From: Octopus sinensis
Taxonomy: Eukaryota
DNA length: 64,000 nt
Direction: 5' to 3'
Assembly: GCF_006345805.1 (NCBI RefSeq)
Contig: NC_043014.1
Location: 54,126,001-54,190,000 of the forward strand
A program made the translations under genes and the position numbers. The notes beneath the pieces were generated by a model. That model had not been told where the DNA came from and did no database searches. It worked only from the letters and a program-made list of their open reading frames with translations. Positions 10,181-22,682 of the stretch are shown here, in pieces (position 1 is the first letter of the stretch; the number at the start of each line of letters is the position of its first letter).

Positions 10181-11449
10181 CATTCTGTGTGTTTCTCTGT
10201 CTTTGAGTAAATGTGTGTGTTTTTTGTTTGTTTTTCCTTCTGCTCCAGCCATTTCTTAAAAATCCTTATCGAGCCATTGTTCCACCCTAGAAACCCCCAC
10301 ACCTATTTGAGTATCTGTACAAGTATAAACATTGAAATAAATCCTATCCGTATTGTTTCTGCTCAACAAAGAGCTGAATGAGATGGTGTGAAATTTAAAG
10401 TTATTTCTCGACAATGTTCGAAGATCTCAACAGCTCTCTGGCTTGGTTTTCATTTCCAACTTCACCATTTCACTTCACTTCTTTTCTGATTTGTGCAGAA
10501 GAATGGACTTTGGTATACCATCTGGAGACGTTAAGTCTTCAGGCGAGGTTTTAAAAGGAAAATTCCCGCGACCTTTATTGAGTTACTATAAAGGTCGCGA
10601 GAAATTTTCATTTAATGGTGAGGCCACGCAGTATGATCTCAGCAGGAGGTGGAGTAGCAAGTAGCTATGGGTTGTTGAAGTCCTCCTGAGAGATTAGGAC
10701 AACTCGTGTTTTTTTTGTTTTTTTTAGATGGCAGAGAAAGTGAAAGGCGGCACCTTCCAATATTATGTATGCTCCCCTTGATAGAAGTGACTCACTTCGA
10801 TCTGGTTGGTGTTAAGCTTGAAGTTCTACAAGTTGACAATTGTAGAATGCATCCAATGAGAGAACCTCTATACGGCCGTTTGATCTGCTAGAAAGATTAA
10901 CCCTTAAATCACATCCAACTGCCTTGAAAATGGAATTATAATGTAATTTTAGATGTATTTGCTTGAAAGAATCAAAAACGAGATAATCATAATTTTGGTG
11001 AAGTATTTGAAAGTACCGAGAGTTTGATTTTAGGTTCAGCTTTGTTTCAAAATTTTCCCGTCAAAATTTCGATGCGTCTCGTCGTTGGATCCTCTTTGAC
11101 ACCAAAAAATATAACGGGTTCATAAAAACCTACAGTTCCGATCCCTCCCTGATATGCAAGCATCGTTGAGTGGTCGTACCTTTCTTGTCTGGGGAACAGA
11201 GTCTGCGATATAAGGTTCGATTCGTGGTTATGTTATTTAATTTCCCCGAAGCTTGTGAAATAACTTAACTATACGGCCGCTCGCTTTTGCAACATCTAGG
11301 ATCACAGTCAAACGAAATCGCATCCAATAATGCATAATGAGGGGTCAAAGACACCTTCCTCCCTCGCACCAGTTTTTTAGGGCCTATTAACAGTGGTGGC
11401 TACTACTTTCCCTTCTGACTAAAAGGTAACAATGAAGAGTAGTAGCAGT

Positions 11450-11594
11450 CAGTGGCGTAGTTTTGGGGAGGGCGGACCACATCGGGTAGCCACGTCGAGA
11501 GGGAGAGGGAAAGCAGGGTGAAGGTGTATCACGTGGTATGTGAGGGTAATTTCACCGGCGCACAGAGCGGCCAAAAACACTTGCTAAGCCACTG
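11450..11594. mobile_element. hAT-like MITE
   Basis: TIRs cagtggcgtag / ctaagccactg; no clean TSD. Confidence 0.55.
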
Positions 11595-11910
11595 GCGGTG
11601 GTAGTAGTAGTAGTAGCAGCAGCAGCAGCAGCGTCGTTCTGACTATCATGTGTCGTCCTAAATTCAAGATGGCGGACTGGATTGGCAAAAGACCCCCATC
11701 CTCACCGTTCTGATCATGTCTTGTAGCATTTAGTTCCATCCATTTACATTGTGAGTTCAAATTCTGCCAGAGTCCACCACTGACCCTTTTGTGTGTGTGT
11801 GTGCGGGGGTGGGGTGAGGAATCGATAAAAATAAATACTAGTTAAGCACTCGATGGGTGGTGGTAGTGGTGGTAGCGGTGAAGATCGATATAATCGATTA
11901 TAGATTGATT

Positions 11911-12132
11911 CTTTTCTACTTTTCTGCTCTAGGCACAAGGCCCGAAATTATTGAGGAGGGGGCCAGTCGATTAGATCGACCCCAGTACGCAACTGGTACT
12001 TAATTTATCGACCCCGAAAGGATGAAAGGCAAAGTCGACCTCGGCGGAATTTGAACTCAGAACTTAACGGCAGACAAAATGCGGCTACGCATTTCGCCCG
12101 GCGTGCTAACGTTTCTGCCAGCTCGCCGCCTT
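11911..12132 (-). mobile_element. SINE family B, full length
   Basis: 5' end aaggcggcgagctggcagaaacgttagcacgccgggcgaaatgc on the minus strand; degenerate ~16-bp TSD cgattatagattgatt / cgatttcagatcgatt. Confidence 0.9.
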
Positions 12133-12289
12133 CGATTTCAGATCGATTGTGTCGTTAGAGCATCGGACCAAATGCTTGCAGTACATCTTATCCTCGTTTA
12201 TCGCTGATTTATTCATCACTAATCCGGGATAACACGGTACGCTTAATTGTGAACTGTGCTACACTTATCACGGATTGATCTGTGATGAC

Positions 12290-13148
12290 ACGGGTCAGTG
12301 ATCAGTCAAAGGTTCTGCTTGAACTGTAAAAGCCTGCCTCAGCGACCCTCTGCAACTCTCAGAACAACTTACAATCGCAGAACCAAATCCATTCACCCCA
12401 TTTATTCAAAAAGTCTTCATGTGAACGTGACCTGGGTGTTATTGTCGACAGTGATTTGCGTTGGACAAAACACATCGCTAAAATTGTCAAGAAGGCTGAG
12501 GGTGTCTTGGCATCACTCACCAAATCCTTTGTGAGCCGCTCTCCGGCTATCTATCTGCGGCTTTATATAGCTATGGTAAGACCTCACCTGGAATTTGCAT
12601 CACCGGTCTGGAACCCCTACCTTGCCCAGGATATCAATCGTCTGGAAGCTGTTCAGCGACGTGCAACCAAAAGAATACCCTCCATCAGGCATTTGCCATA
12701 TCCTGAACGCCTTACTTCCCTGGGCATGGACACATTGAAACTCCGACGTCTGGCAGCTGACTTGGCAGACACCCATAAAATTATCAACCATCGTACAAAC
12801 AATAACTCTGAGCACCTTTTCAAACTCCACCCATCTAACACCCGTGGTCATATTTACAAAGTAAGAAAACAGCACAGCTCCCATGACTTCAGGAAACATT
12901 TTTTCACGCTGAGAGTTGCTGAAGCATGGAACAAACTGCCGGCATCAGTTGTTAGTTGTCGGAGCACTGCATCCTTCAAAACTTCCATGCTTCCTGAGAT
13001 TCGCCAACACTACACCTGATTTTCTCCCCTCCATACACACACAAGCATGTATCTGACTCATATATTGTTCACTTCCCAGACATTTGTACATTACTGCATA
13101 TACTCTGACAAGTTGTGGTGCACCTGAGCACTGTATACAATAATTTCT

Positions 13149-13150
<2 letters not shown>
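12290..13150 (+). mobile_element. CR1-clade LINE 3' fragment
   Basis: ERDLGVIVDSDL...VRPHLEFASPVWNPY...LEAVQRRATK...ERL..L...L..RR...DL...KI...TRGH...F..RV...WNKLP; 3' stem-loop at 13118-13131, then (ATT)n tail. Confidence 0.95.
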
Positions 13151-13189
<39 letters not shown>

Positions 13190-13479
13190 TTAAAATTCAT
13201 TTCTCACTGATTCTATTAATACGTTTTTTCTTTTTATTACCAAACATCCGTGATAAACGAGGATAGGCGTATCTAGTTACACCCCTTTACGTTGTAGGTT
13301 CAAATCCCAACCGAAGTCAACTTTGCTTTTTTTTTTCATTTTTTCTTTCATTTTCTGGGTGGGGGGACGATTTGATAGAATATATTACCAGCCAAGTACT
13401 GGAGGGGCATGGATGGATTGTTGTCGATTTGCTGTTTCTCGAAGCGAATGGAATAACGAAACAGCACCCCACCTCCTCC

Positions 13480-14120
13480 TCCTCCGCCATTTCTTCTAGT
13501 TTATTCCTTTGTCTCTCTCTCTTCTACCAAACCCAGATTTATGAATTATCTATGAAGGGAATATGGCAGGGGATGGGGGGAGGGGATGGGGGGAGGGGAT
13601 GGGGGGAGGCGGGCGACGGTGGCGGCGGCGGTTGTTATTAGGGTTTGTTTTTCTTAACTAATCACAAAAGAGGGGAGAACAACATTTGGTAATATCGTAG
13701 TCCGGTGCTTTTCTGTTCGCATTGATTTCTAGAATAAATAAATGATTGATTACCTCCTCCTCCTCTCCTTCCTCCTCTTCTTCTCTCCCCCCCTCTCTCT
13801 CTTTCTCACGCACACACATCTCATTGCAATCGTGATGATGCTGATTATCATCATCATCGTGGTCGTCGTCGTCATCACCACCGCCGCCACCACCATCCTC
13901 TTCATCATCACCATCACCACCATCATCATCAACAACAACACAACCGACATACACACACACACATACATACACACACACACACAAACAACAACCTGATTTA
14001 TAGAGAAATAATAGTTTGATTCCCTTCGCGTACACTCACCACCACCACCACCACCATCACCACCACCACCACCATCACCATCACCACCACCACCACCACC
14101 CACCACCAACAACAACAACA
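13480..14120. repeat. Compound simple repeats (CCT, G-rich 13-mer, CT, ATC, CA, CAC)
   Basis: Directly visible tandem tracts; source of the poly-His/Gly/Asp ORFs. Confidence 0.95.
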
Positions 14121-14734
14121 TCAGCCTTTGTAGTAATAAGAAATGCTTTCAAAAAAAAGGCAACAAGGCCAAACTTGTCGCCACCAATAAACAAACCGGC
14201 CTTCCATAAAGTGACCTCCACTACTACCACTGCAACGGCAGACTACACCATCAACATATATTCAACAACAACTGCAACAACGAAACAAAGCAACACTGGT
14301 GGGCGTTTTGTGTTGTTTCGTTAACACTTTGAAATCTAAAATATTCCCATTGAAAGAAATTCGCGTAACATGAGAACAAACTACAGTTTCTGGCTGGAGA
14401 CTCTCCCCCACCCCACCACTGCTCAACGCCTACACGATTATTAATATAATTGGCAAACTTAACAAACATTATTTATCCTCTTTTTTAAATGCCTTTATAA
14501 AGTTACAGATATTCAAGGGAGACGTATGGCAGCCATGTTTGTTTCTTATTTTATTCTGATAGAATCGGAAATGTAAGGAAACTGATAAAGGTCTGTGACG
14601 GCATCAATGATGAAAGACAGGAACCCAAGAGAGTTAGATGGCATCAAGTTTGGTCGCCCTGTGAAGTGGAGGAATCCAACGAGTTTCTATTTTATTGAAC
14701 CCGGGATGCAGAAGTCGATAGAAGCGGCTGGTTA

Positions 14735-14971
14735 TATATTTCTTTATTGCCCACAGGGGGGTAACACACAGAGGGGACAAACAAGGACAGACAAAGGGAT
14801 TAAGTCGATTACATCGACCCCAGTGCGAAACTGGTACTTAATTTATCGACTCCGAAAGGATGAAAAGCAAAGTCGACCTCGGCGGAATTTGAACTCAGAA
14901 CGTAACGACAGACGAAGTACCACAAAGTATTTCGCCCGGCGTGCTAACGTGTCTGCCAAGCTCACCGCCTT
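14735..14971 (-). mobile_element. SINE family B
   Basis: gtcgattacatcgaccccagtgcgaaactggtacttaatttatcgactccgaaaggatgaaaagcaaagtcgacctcggcgg. Confidence 0.9.
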
Positions 14972-16139
14972 GATGGAGCGGTTGGTTATAACATTGCAGA
15001 TGTCTTTCGGTCTGTCAGCCTCTCTTGTTCTCGCTCAGTGGTTGTCGGTATGTCTCTCTGTCTATCGGACATCAACAATAGTTCAACCACCCCCCTCACC
15101 CACTCAAACACTTACACACAATCACAAATATATAATGAATAAATTGGAAACAGACATGGAGAAAAAAGTATCTTATCCACCACAAATCCGGCTGAGTATG
15201 ATTTAGGGACGATTAGATTATAATCCCGACCGTCGATCAACAGACACTGCTGCAGATCAGCAAGAGACGGTTTCCTAACCAGCAAAACTTAAATTCTTTA
15301 GAATCTGAATATCTCCCGCCTCGCCGACTCCAGCTACAAAAGTATTCTAATGAAAACCACTGCGTAATCAGCTGCACTTATACAGAGAGACAAGATCTAC
15401 AGTTAAGAGCTGACTCGGATACCATTACTGCTGCTGCTGCTGCCACTGCTACTACAACTGTTCTAACTGGGTGCGGCAAAAGCGACGATGCAACTCTAGC
15501 CAGAATTCCACCCATACCATCAGATGTACCCTCTCGTTGTTAGAAGACTTATTTTCCAGGATGACCTGACTTTGGCATGTCAATAAATTCCAAACGCAAA
15601 TACTGAAAACAACGAACTGCATCTTCAGGAATGCTGGGCAGTTTTGCTTGAGATGTTCAAGAGTTGGAAGCCCCCAAATCTCTTTACATGTGATCTACTT
15701 GGAACCCCCACCCCACCCCGCCAAAAGAAAACATTGGGTGTCCTGGGGTGCTGACACGAGTGTTCAGAACTCGCAAATCTACGATGGGTTTAGATCTAAA
15801 ATCATCTGAGCTGAGGTTTGTTGACAATTCTTCGTCGCATTTCTTTATCGCTGCGTGGATTGCAGTTCCAATATTTCGATGGGTGGGTCCCCTTCCTAAC
15901 ACTTCATTTTCCATACGTCATAGAAATGATTATATTTCCACAGTGGTGGTGGTGGTGGTGGTGTTCGTGGGAATTACCTCTCGACACTCCGCTTTTCTAT
16001 TAATTTTCCCAAAATATTTTAAGAATTAAACATTCAAAAATGGGTTTAAATGAAACAAATATCTTTCACTTCCACTCAGGCTTTTATGAAATATGTCTGA
16101 ATTAATTATATGTCACGTAATTTAATTACGAAATAAACA

Positions 16140-16472
16140 CTTAATACCGAGAGTGTGACAACAGGATCAATGTGAAGGAAGAAGCAAAACAGAAAGAACT
16201 TTGACGATTTGAACAATGAGGAGAGTAGATGGAATACCAACAGTAATTGGTGCACTTGGAAGGATCCGCACTCAACTACCAACATGGCTGAAAAAGATTG
16301 GTGCAAGTGTGAAGGTAGAACACCTACAAAAATCAGCATTGCTTGGAACTGCAAGAATTCTTTGAGGAGTTTTTGAAGCATGACCAGTAAACAAGTGTCA
16401 CTTTAGTCTGTTGGCTGTGGACAGCTGACACTTTCCATTATACCCAGCAAAATAAGCTGAGAGTTGTCATCA

Positions 16473-16490
<18 letters not shown>
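16140..16490 (+). mobile_element. R4/Dong-like non-LTR retrotransposon 3' fragment
   Basis: IPTVIGALG...LQKSALLGTARIL C-terminus typical of restriction-like-endonuclease LINEs; followed by (TAA)n. Confidence 0.85.
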
Positions 16491-16508
<18 letters not shown>

Positions 16509-17106
16509 ATGTTGTGTCTTTGAAGGGTCAATATGCCATTAAGAAACACACGCACTGGCTCTCTTTCACTTCTTTTAGTATATTATTCAAGTAGTTAAGT
16601 ATTTAACCAATTAAATAATCGATTGCCTGATTAATCGCTCGGTCGGTCGGTCGGTCAGTCGGGTGGGGTCGTCAGAGTCCTTTCGCCGCTATTCGCCACC
16701 CAACCGTTTACATGCTCTCACTGTTCCAGATGTGCGCACACGCGTGTGCGTCTGTGTATGTGTGTTGGTGTGTGTGCGTGTGTGTGTGTTGGTGCGTGTG
16801 CGTCTGTGTGTGTTGGTGTAATGATTCTCCCAAGTTACAACATAATTTGCGGTTGCCAGGAATGTGCTTGATATGCAGATTTGGTCTATTCAATTACGCT
16901 ACAACGGTAAAGTGATGTATGTATGTAAGCAACGCTTTTGTGGGCGGTTGATGGTTGGGATGTGGTACCGAGGGTAGAGCAATAACTCTTGAATGTGCAC
17001 ACACACCCGTTTGCCACCTTTTCTGTCTTCGATCGCATTGTTTACACAGACGTGTTCGTTTACGAAACATCGTAACTCTCGGTGCCGGCTCTGAACGCTA
17101 GAGTCA

Positions 17107-17507
17107 GTCTCTCTTTACTCTTTTACTCTTTTACTTGTTTCAGTCATCTGACTGCGGCCATGCTGGAGCACCACCTTTAATCGAGCAACTCGACCCCGGG
17201 ACTTATTCTTTTGTAAACCCAGTACTTATTTTATCGGCCTCTTTTTGCCGAACCGCTAAGTAACGGGGACGTAAACACACCAACATTGGTTGTCAAGCAA
17301 TGCTAGGGGGACAAACACAGACACACAAACACACACACACATATATATACATATATACGACGGGCTTCTACTAAATCCACTCACAAGGCATTGGTCGGCC
17401 CGAGGCTATAGTAGAAGACACTTGCCCAAGATGCCACGCAGTGGGACTGAACCCGGAACCATGTGGTTGGTTAGCAAGCTACTTACCACACAGCCACTCC
17501 TGCGCCT
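17107..17507 (-). mobile_element. SINE family A, full length
   Basis: Minus strand starts aggcgcaggagtggctgtgtggtaag; B-box gggttcagtccc; internal microsatellite; (agtaaaag)n tail. Confidence 0.95.
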
Positions 17508-18304
17508 GTAGAGATAAGCTTTAAAATGACAACAAAATTTGCTTCAACACACGAGTTCACATCAAGAATCTTACAAACCAAATAAAAAAAAACGAGACAG
17601 TCAGATAAAAAATGTGTGAGAGAGAGAGAAAGAGAGAGTATGTAATTGTGCTAAGTACAAATTTATATGTTAATAACCGAGTTTGTTTATCTTCGGGAAG
17701 AAGACAGGAATACATACGCATACCAGAATATCATGTGTTACAGCCTGAATATAAAAATATCTCCTGATAAGCGTGAACAAATGAATAAATATGATATTGA
17801 AATGTTTGCTGGCGAACGCTGAGCACCTGCTGACCTCGGCGCACGAGAGGCAGTGGTAGCTTGCTTCACTTTGATGCTGCCGATGATGCAAGAAGCTGGC
17901 CCACCCACTTCCTTCCTCAGAACCGCAGGCTTCACGCTTAAACAAGAAAAATATTCAACACATAAACTCGCAGTCGCACACACACATACACATCCACGCG
18001 CGCGCACGTGCACGCACTTCATTTTTGAAGCTGCTCCGTCGAAGTCACAGACTGACGCAAGCACTCCAACTTTAAGTGCATTGAATCTTATAGTAGCAGA
18101 AACGATTGCAAGCTAAGGATGTTCACTACACAACTTCCTGCCCCGTCGCCATTTAGTTAATCGCTTATTATTATTATGCTCTCTACTCGTCTAACGCTTC
18201 TCTCTGAAGCATTTGTATAGTGAGGCCTAACACCAGATTATCAGAATCGCTCTGCCTAAGCGAGCTATTTGCCCCTCCGTATTTTAAGAGGTCATGGGCC
18301 AACA

Positions 18305-18379
18305 GGGTTTTGGGATCTGACGATACGCCATAAAGCTTGACCGTTTATGGACGGGAAAACTAAGGTAATCTCATAAACC
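18305..18379 (+). ncRNA. Candidate decayed type-I hammerhead ribozyme
   Basis: GGUUUUGGGAU-CUGACGA-..CCAUAAA/UUUAUGG..-GAAAAC-UAAG-GUA-AUCUCA(U)AAACC: 11-bp bulged helix I, 7-bp helix II, GUA triplet; helix II base and A-run imperfect. Confidence 0.5.
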
Positions 18380-18424
18380 GCCCTTCCCCATTTTTAACAC
18401 ACACACACACACACACACATATAT

Positions 18425-18610
18425 AATCAATAACCAACAGGATATCAAGAAGTGATGCAGTACGACCGTTTCAAGCGACTCCATTTAATTGAACAATGCA
18501 ATCATTACATCAATTTAAATGCAGGGCTATCCTCAGTTGCACAAATAAATAAATAGAATTTTAATCAGTTGGACACATTAATATAACTTTACTCAAATAC
18601 TCTAATAGAG
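18425..18610 (-). mobile_element. Second copy of the hammerhead-bearing repeat of 1151-1330 (HHR at 18456-18541)
   Basis: gatgcagtacgaccgtttcaagcgactccatttaattgaacaatgcaatcatt aligns with 1174-1226; core CUGAGGA, helix III ACGGUCGU. Confidence 0.8.
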
Positions 18611-18946
18611 CAAAAGTTGATTATAATATATCCATAATAACGTATAAATATTTGTGTATGTTTGCGTGTGTGCACATAGTTAAATATATGTGTGTGTATG
18701 TACACAACTTTTATTATTTCTGACTCTTAGCTTATAATTAATATATAGATAGCATGTTTATATCTTTCCAGTTATTCCATAAGTAAATTCCCAGAGCAGT
18801 TTTTATTAGTAAATAATTATGTACATGAATGAATATTAAACTGATTCTATGTAATTTTAATGTCGAAAAGTGGTATATATGCACGTTTTATGCATTTTGC
18901 TTATGACATCATTTTTGATAATCTTAAATTTAATCTTTATACAACA

Positions 18947-19114
18947 TAAAAGCGCAGGAGTGGCTGTGTGGTAAGTAGCTTGCAAACCAACCACATGGTT
19001 CCGGGTTCAGTCCACTTCTTGACACCTTGGGCAAGTGTCTTCTGCTATAGCCTTGGGCTGACCAATGCCTTGTGAGTGGATTTGGTAGACGGAAACTGAA
19101 AGAAGCCCGTCGTA

Positions 19115-19171
<57 letters not shown>

Positions 19172-19374
19172 ATGTTTGTCCCCCTAGCATTGCTTGACAA
19201 CCGATGCTCGTGTGTTTATGTCCCCGTTACTTAGCGGTTCGGCGAAAAGAGACCGATAGAATAAGTACTGGGCTTACAAAAAGAATAAGTTCCGGGGTCG
19301 AGTTGCTCGACTGAAGGCGGTGCTCTAGCATGGCCGCAGTCAAATGACTGAAACAAGTAAAAGAGTATAATAAT
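18947..19374 (+). mobile_element. SINE family A, full length, 14-bp TSD
   Basis: TSD atctttatacaaca at 18933-18946 and 19375-19388. Confidence 0.95.
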
Positions 19375-19388
19375 ATCTTTATACAACA

Positions 19389-19820
<432 letters not shown>

Positions 19821-19821
<1 letters not shown>

Positions 19822-20690
19822 GAGGTGAATTCAAAAAGTATCCGGCCTTATTTTTCCCGCCAAAACTAATGCTTGGGTGGCAGGTGATGCCACCCTTCCT
19901 CCAAAAGTCTAAGAATTTTCGCGTCTGTAGGCCGCCGTTACTTCCCGGTTGTTATGCCTAGAGTACAGATGTGTAGTGACCTCTCGTCAGATTTTCGTTT
20001 TCCTGCAAGATGACCAAACGCATTGAGCAGAGATCATAGACCCACCTCTCATCCCCAGTGACGATGGTCTTCACGACGTCTGGCTCGTGAATTGCTCCAT
20101 CCAACATGTCCTCACCGATTCCCACGCAAAGTTGCTTCTGCTGCTCTGCCAGCACCTTGGGCAGGAATTTTGCCAACACTCTCCACATGTACAAATCCTC
20201 CATTAAAATGGGAAGCACTGATCCATGTGCCTATTACCATTTCGTGAGCAATTTTCTGGATAGTTACACGATGGTCCTCCATGACTATTCTCCGAACCTT
20301 CTCAATCGGCTCCGCTTTTCGGCTGCCTCAGCGTGCCTCGCTCTCTACTGAAATGCGACCAGGTTTGAAGCGGTTGTACCACTCTTTAATCTGAGTTTTG
20401 CTGCTCGTGGCATCATCGCCAAAGGATTGTTGAATCTTATGGATAATTTGAGCTTTGGCAAAACTTGATGCAGCATCTCTGCTTGATGCGTTCTGTGAAA
20501 ACGAAGATCCGAAGAGCGCGCACTACACGTCTCTACTCTCGGCGCAACAGCCAGGAACTGACGCGGTCTACCGGCGCGAAGGTTTTCATGCATGCACGGG
20601 AAGGTTGGAGTTGCCTCCCACCCAAAGGATTTTGCACACGCGGCATTAGCTTGGCAGGAAAAAAAAATCAGATATTTTTTGAACGCACCT
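19821..20690. mobile_element. Decayed, rearranged mariner (Tc1/mariner) element
   Basis: Minus-strand WRVLAKFLPKVL...KTIVTGDERWVY (first catalytic D); TIR-like ends cgaggtgaattcaaaaagtatc / gatattttttgaacgcacct. Confidence 0.9.
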
Positions 20691-20703
20691 AATCTCTCTC
20701 TCT

Positions 20704-20758
<55 letters not shown>

Positions 20759-21529
20759 TAATCCAAACAAGAAAGCACAAAGAAACACAACAACGCAAGG
20801 ACGTGGAACAAATAAAGTATTATTGGACGCTCAGGAAAGAAGGAGGATTTAACGTTTCGAGCGGAGCTCTTCGTCGGAAACATAGGAGAAGGGAAGACAG
20901 GAAAAAAATCGCCAACGGTACACACGAGGTCACACATACACACACACACAAACATATATATATATATATATAAGTACACTGGTGTCATAAACATATGGGT
21001 TTTTTTCGATGACTATTTGGTTAAAAAGCTCACTTTGCGACCACATGGTTTCAGGTTCGGTCCCACTGGACGGTACCTCCGGCAAGTGTCCTCAACAATA
21101 GCCCCGGCCAAATAATGCATTGTGAGTAAATTTTAGTTGAGAAAACTTGTCATCTTGTGTTACAGGTTATGAAAGTTGCGTTAATAGACATCATCATATG
21201 TAAGGGACATAAGACTTGTCAATCGGCCTCCTGGGGCCGGCGGACAAAATGGAAAAAAATGTTGCCTGGGAGGATGGCGAGGCAGGCGCTCTGGAACAGC
21301 CCCTCCGACCCATTTTTTCATTTTTTTTTACGGTAGAAACCAATTTACTACCAAAATTTTACAGGAAAAAAAGAAAGAAAAAACATTAAAAGTTATAAAA
21401 ATTCAAATTATCGAGAAAAAAAATAACTCGTAGCTAATTCACCAAGGAAACAGGGCAGAAGGAGGGGTTAGGCAGCCGAAGATGGTGGTGGGCGGCGTAA
21501 TGGATTGTACTCTCCAGAACAAATGGTGC

Positions 21530-21880
21530 TTCGCAGACATAATTGCTAGGGCATTTCTGTGAAGAATGACCAGAGACACTCACTGCAGTGGCCAACTCGC
21601 CTCTTGCGATCATTTATCAGATGGGCCACAGTTAGCCTGATTTTGCGAAGGAAATTGGCAGAGCAGGGTCCGAGAATATTTGAGGTCTCGGTGGAGAGTG
21701 GCACAAACTAATAGCAGCCACTCAAGCTCATGTATTTGTCAATCTTCTGCTCCTCTTCATTGCGGGCCCGAAACGCGGGTTTGCGGCCAATGCAGGGAGG
21801 TTGGAGCCGGAGAACGTGTCGCAGCACGTCGCGTCCCAGATTAGGGGTCTGCCTCCTTTGTATGGGAAGAGAGTTATTCC
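21530..21880 (-). mobile_element. CRE-like non-LTR retrotransposon 3' fragment
   Basis: Minus strand GRPLIWDATCCDTFS...K..KY...FVPLSTET...LGP....FL...SLVILHRNALAIMS, read across frameshifts. Confidence 0.75.
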
Positions 21881-21884
21881 GTCA

Positions 21885-22400
21885 GGGTGCTTACTGTCCC
21901 CGAGATCAAAACCTACTGGCTCCAGTTGCGAGGGAAAGCCAAACGCATCGAGGGCCCTAAGAATACCGTCTATGACCTGAATAACTCAAGTGCCAACTAT
22001 GGGAAGGTAATGCTCACAGTCTCGACAGAAAAAATCATCAATTGCTGGACAGGCGAATTCGGTCAACTGTATTCCTTTTGAAGACTGGTTCTGTTAATCA
22101 CCTGAAGTCGCACGAAAGAACAGCCACTTGTAGCATTATTCCCCAAAGACCGAGCGAGACAACCTTCGTGGTATGCGGTGAGGCCTGGAGAAGAAACTCC
22201 GGAGTCAAAGGACACGAAAAGGTGCAAAGTGTTTGTATCCCACAAAGCGATCCCATCAATGCTGCCGTGGAAAGCACAACTTTCGTCTCTCACTCGTGTC
22301 ATAAACCGTGCAGATCTTCAGGTGGTCTAAAAAGTCATCTACGAAGTCACGGACAAACAAGGGATGACAATGGAGACACAAGAAGAGACGGCAATCGTTT
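21885..22400 (+). mobile_element. Decayed RTE-like LINE C-terminus with C2H2-like repeat
   Basis: TTFVSHSCHKPCRSSGGLKSHLRSH plus a preceding degenerate copy (TTFVVCGEA...GVKGHEK). Confidence 0.6.
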
Positions 22401-22418
22401 GTTAAGATGCTGTTACCA

Positions 22419-22453
<35 letters not shown>

Positions 22454-22682
22454 TACTCATGCATGATGAATGCATACATAAAACTGATAAAATTCGTGTT
22501 GAATGGAATTTCAGGTTCCACCAAACGGTTTAGTCAACCGTAATGCGAAACTCGAAGTCCAAGTTAAGGCGAAACTCACCGTGCTGTCCTCCTCAGCACC
22601 GAATCTCCGCCAGCCAGGAAATGTCCCGCTCTGATTCTGACCGTTGCTTTCATATAAACAAACCTTTGTTTAACGTATATGC

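Noticed and set aside
14016-14324. Poly-His ORF and neighbouring poly-Gly/Asp ORFs
   Set aside because: Products of CAC/CAT/ATC repeats; no splice context.
14595-15206. 203-aa ORF
   Set aside because: Runs through an antisense SINE B; composite, with no protein family resemblance.
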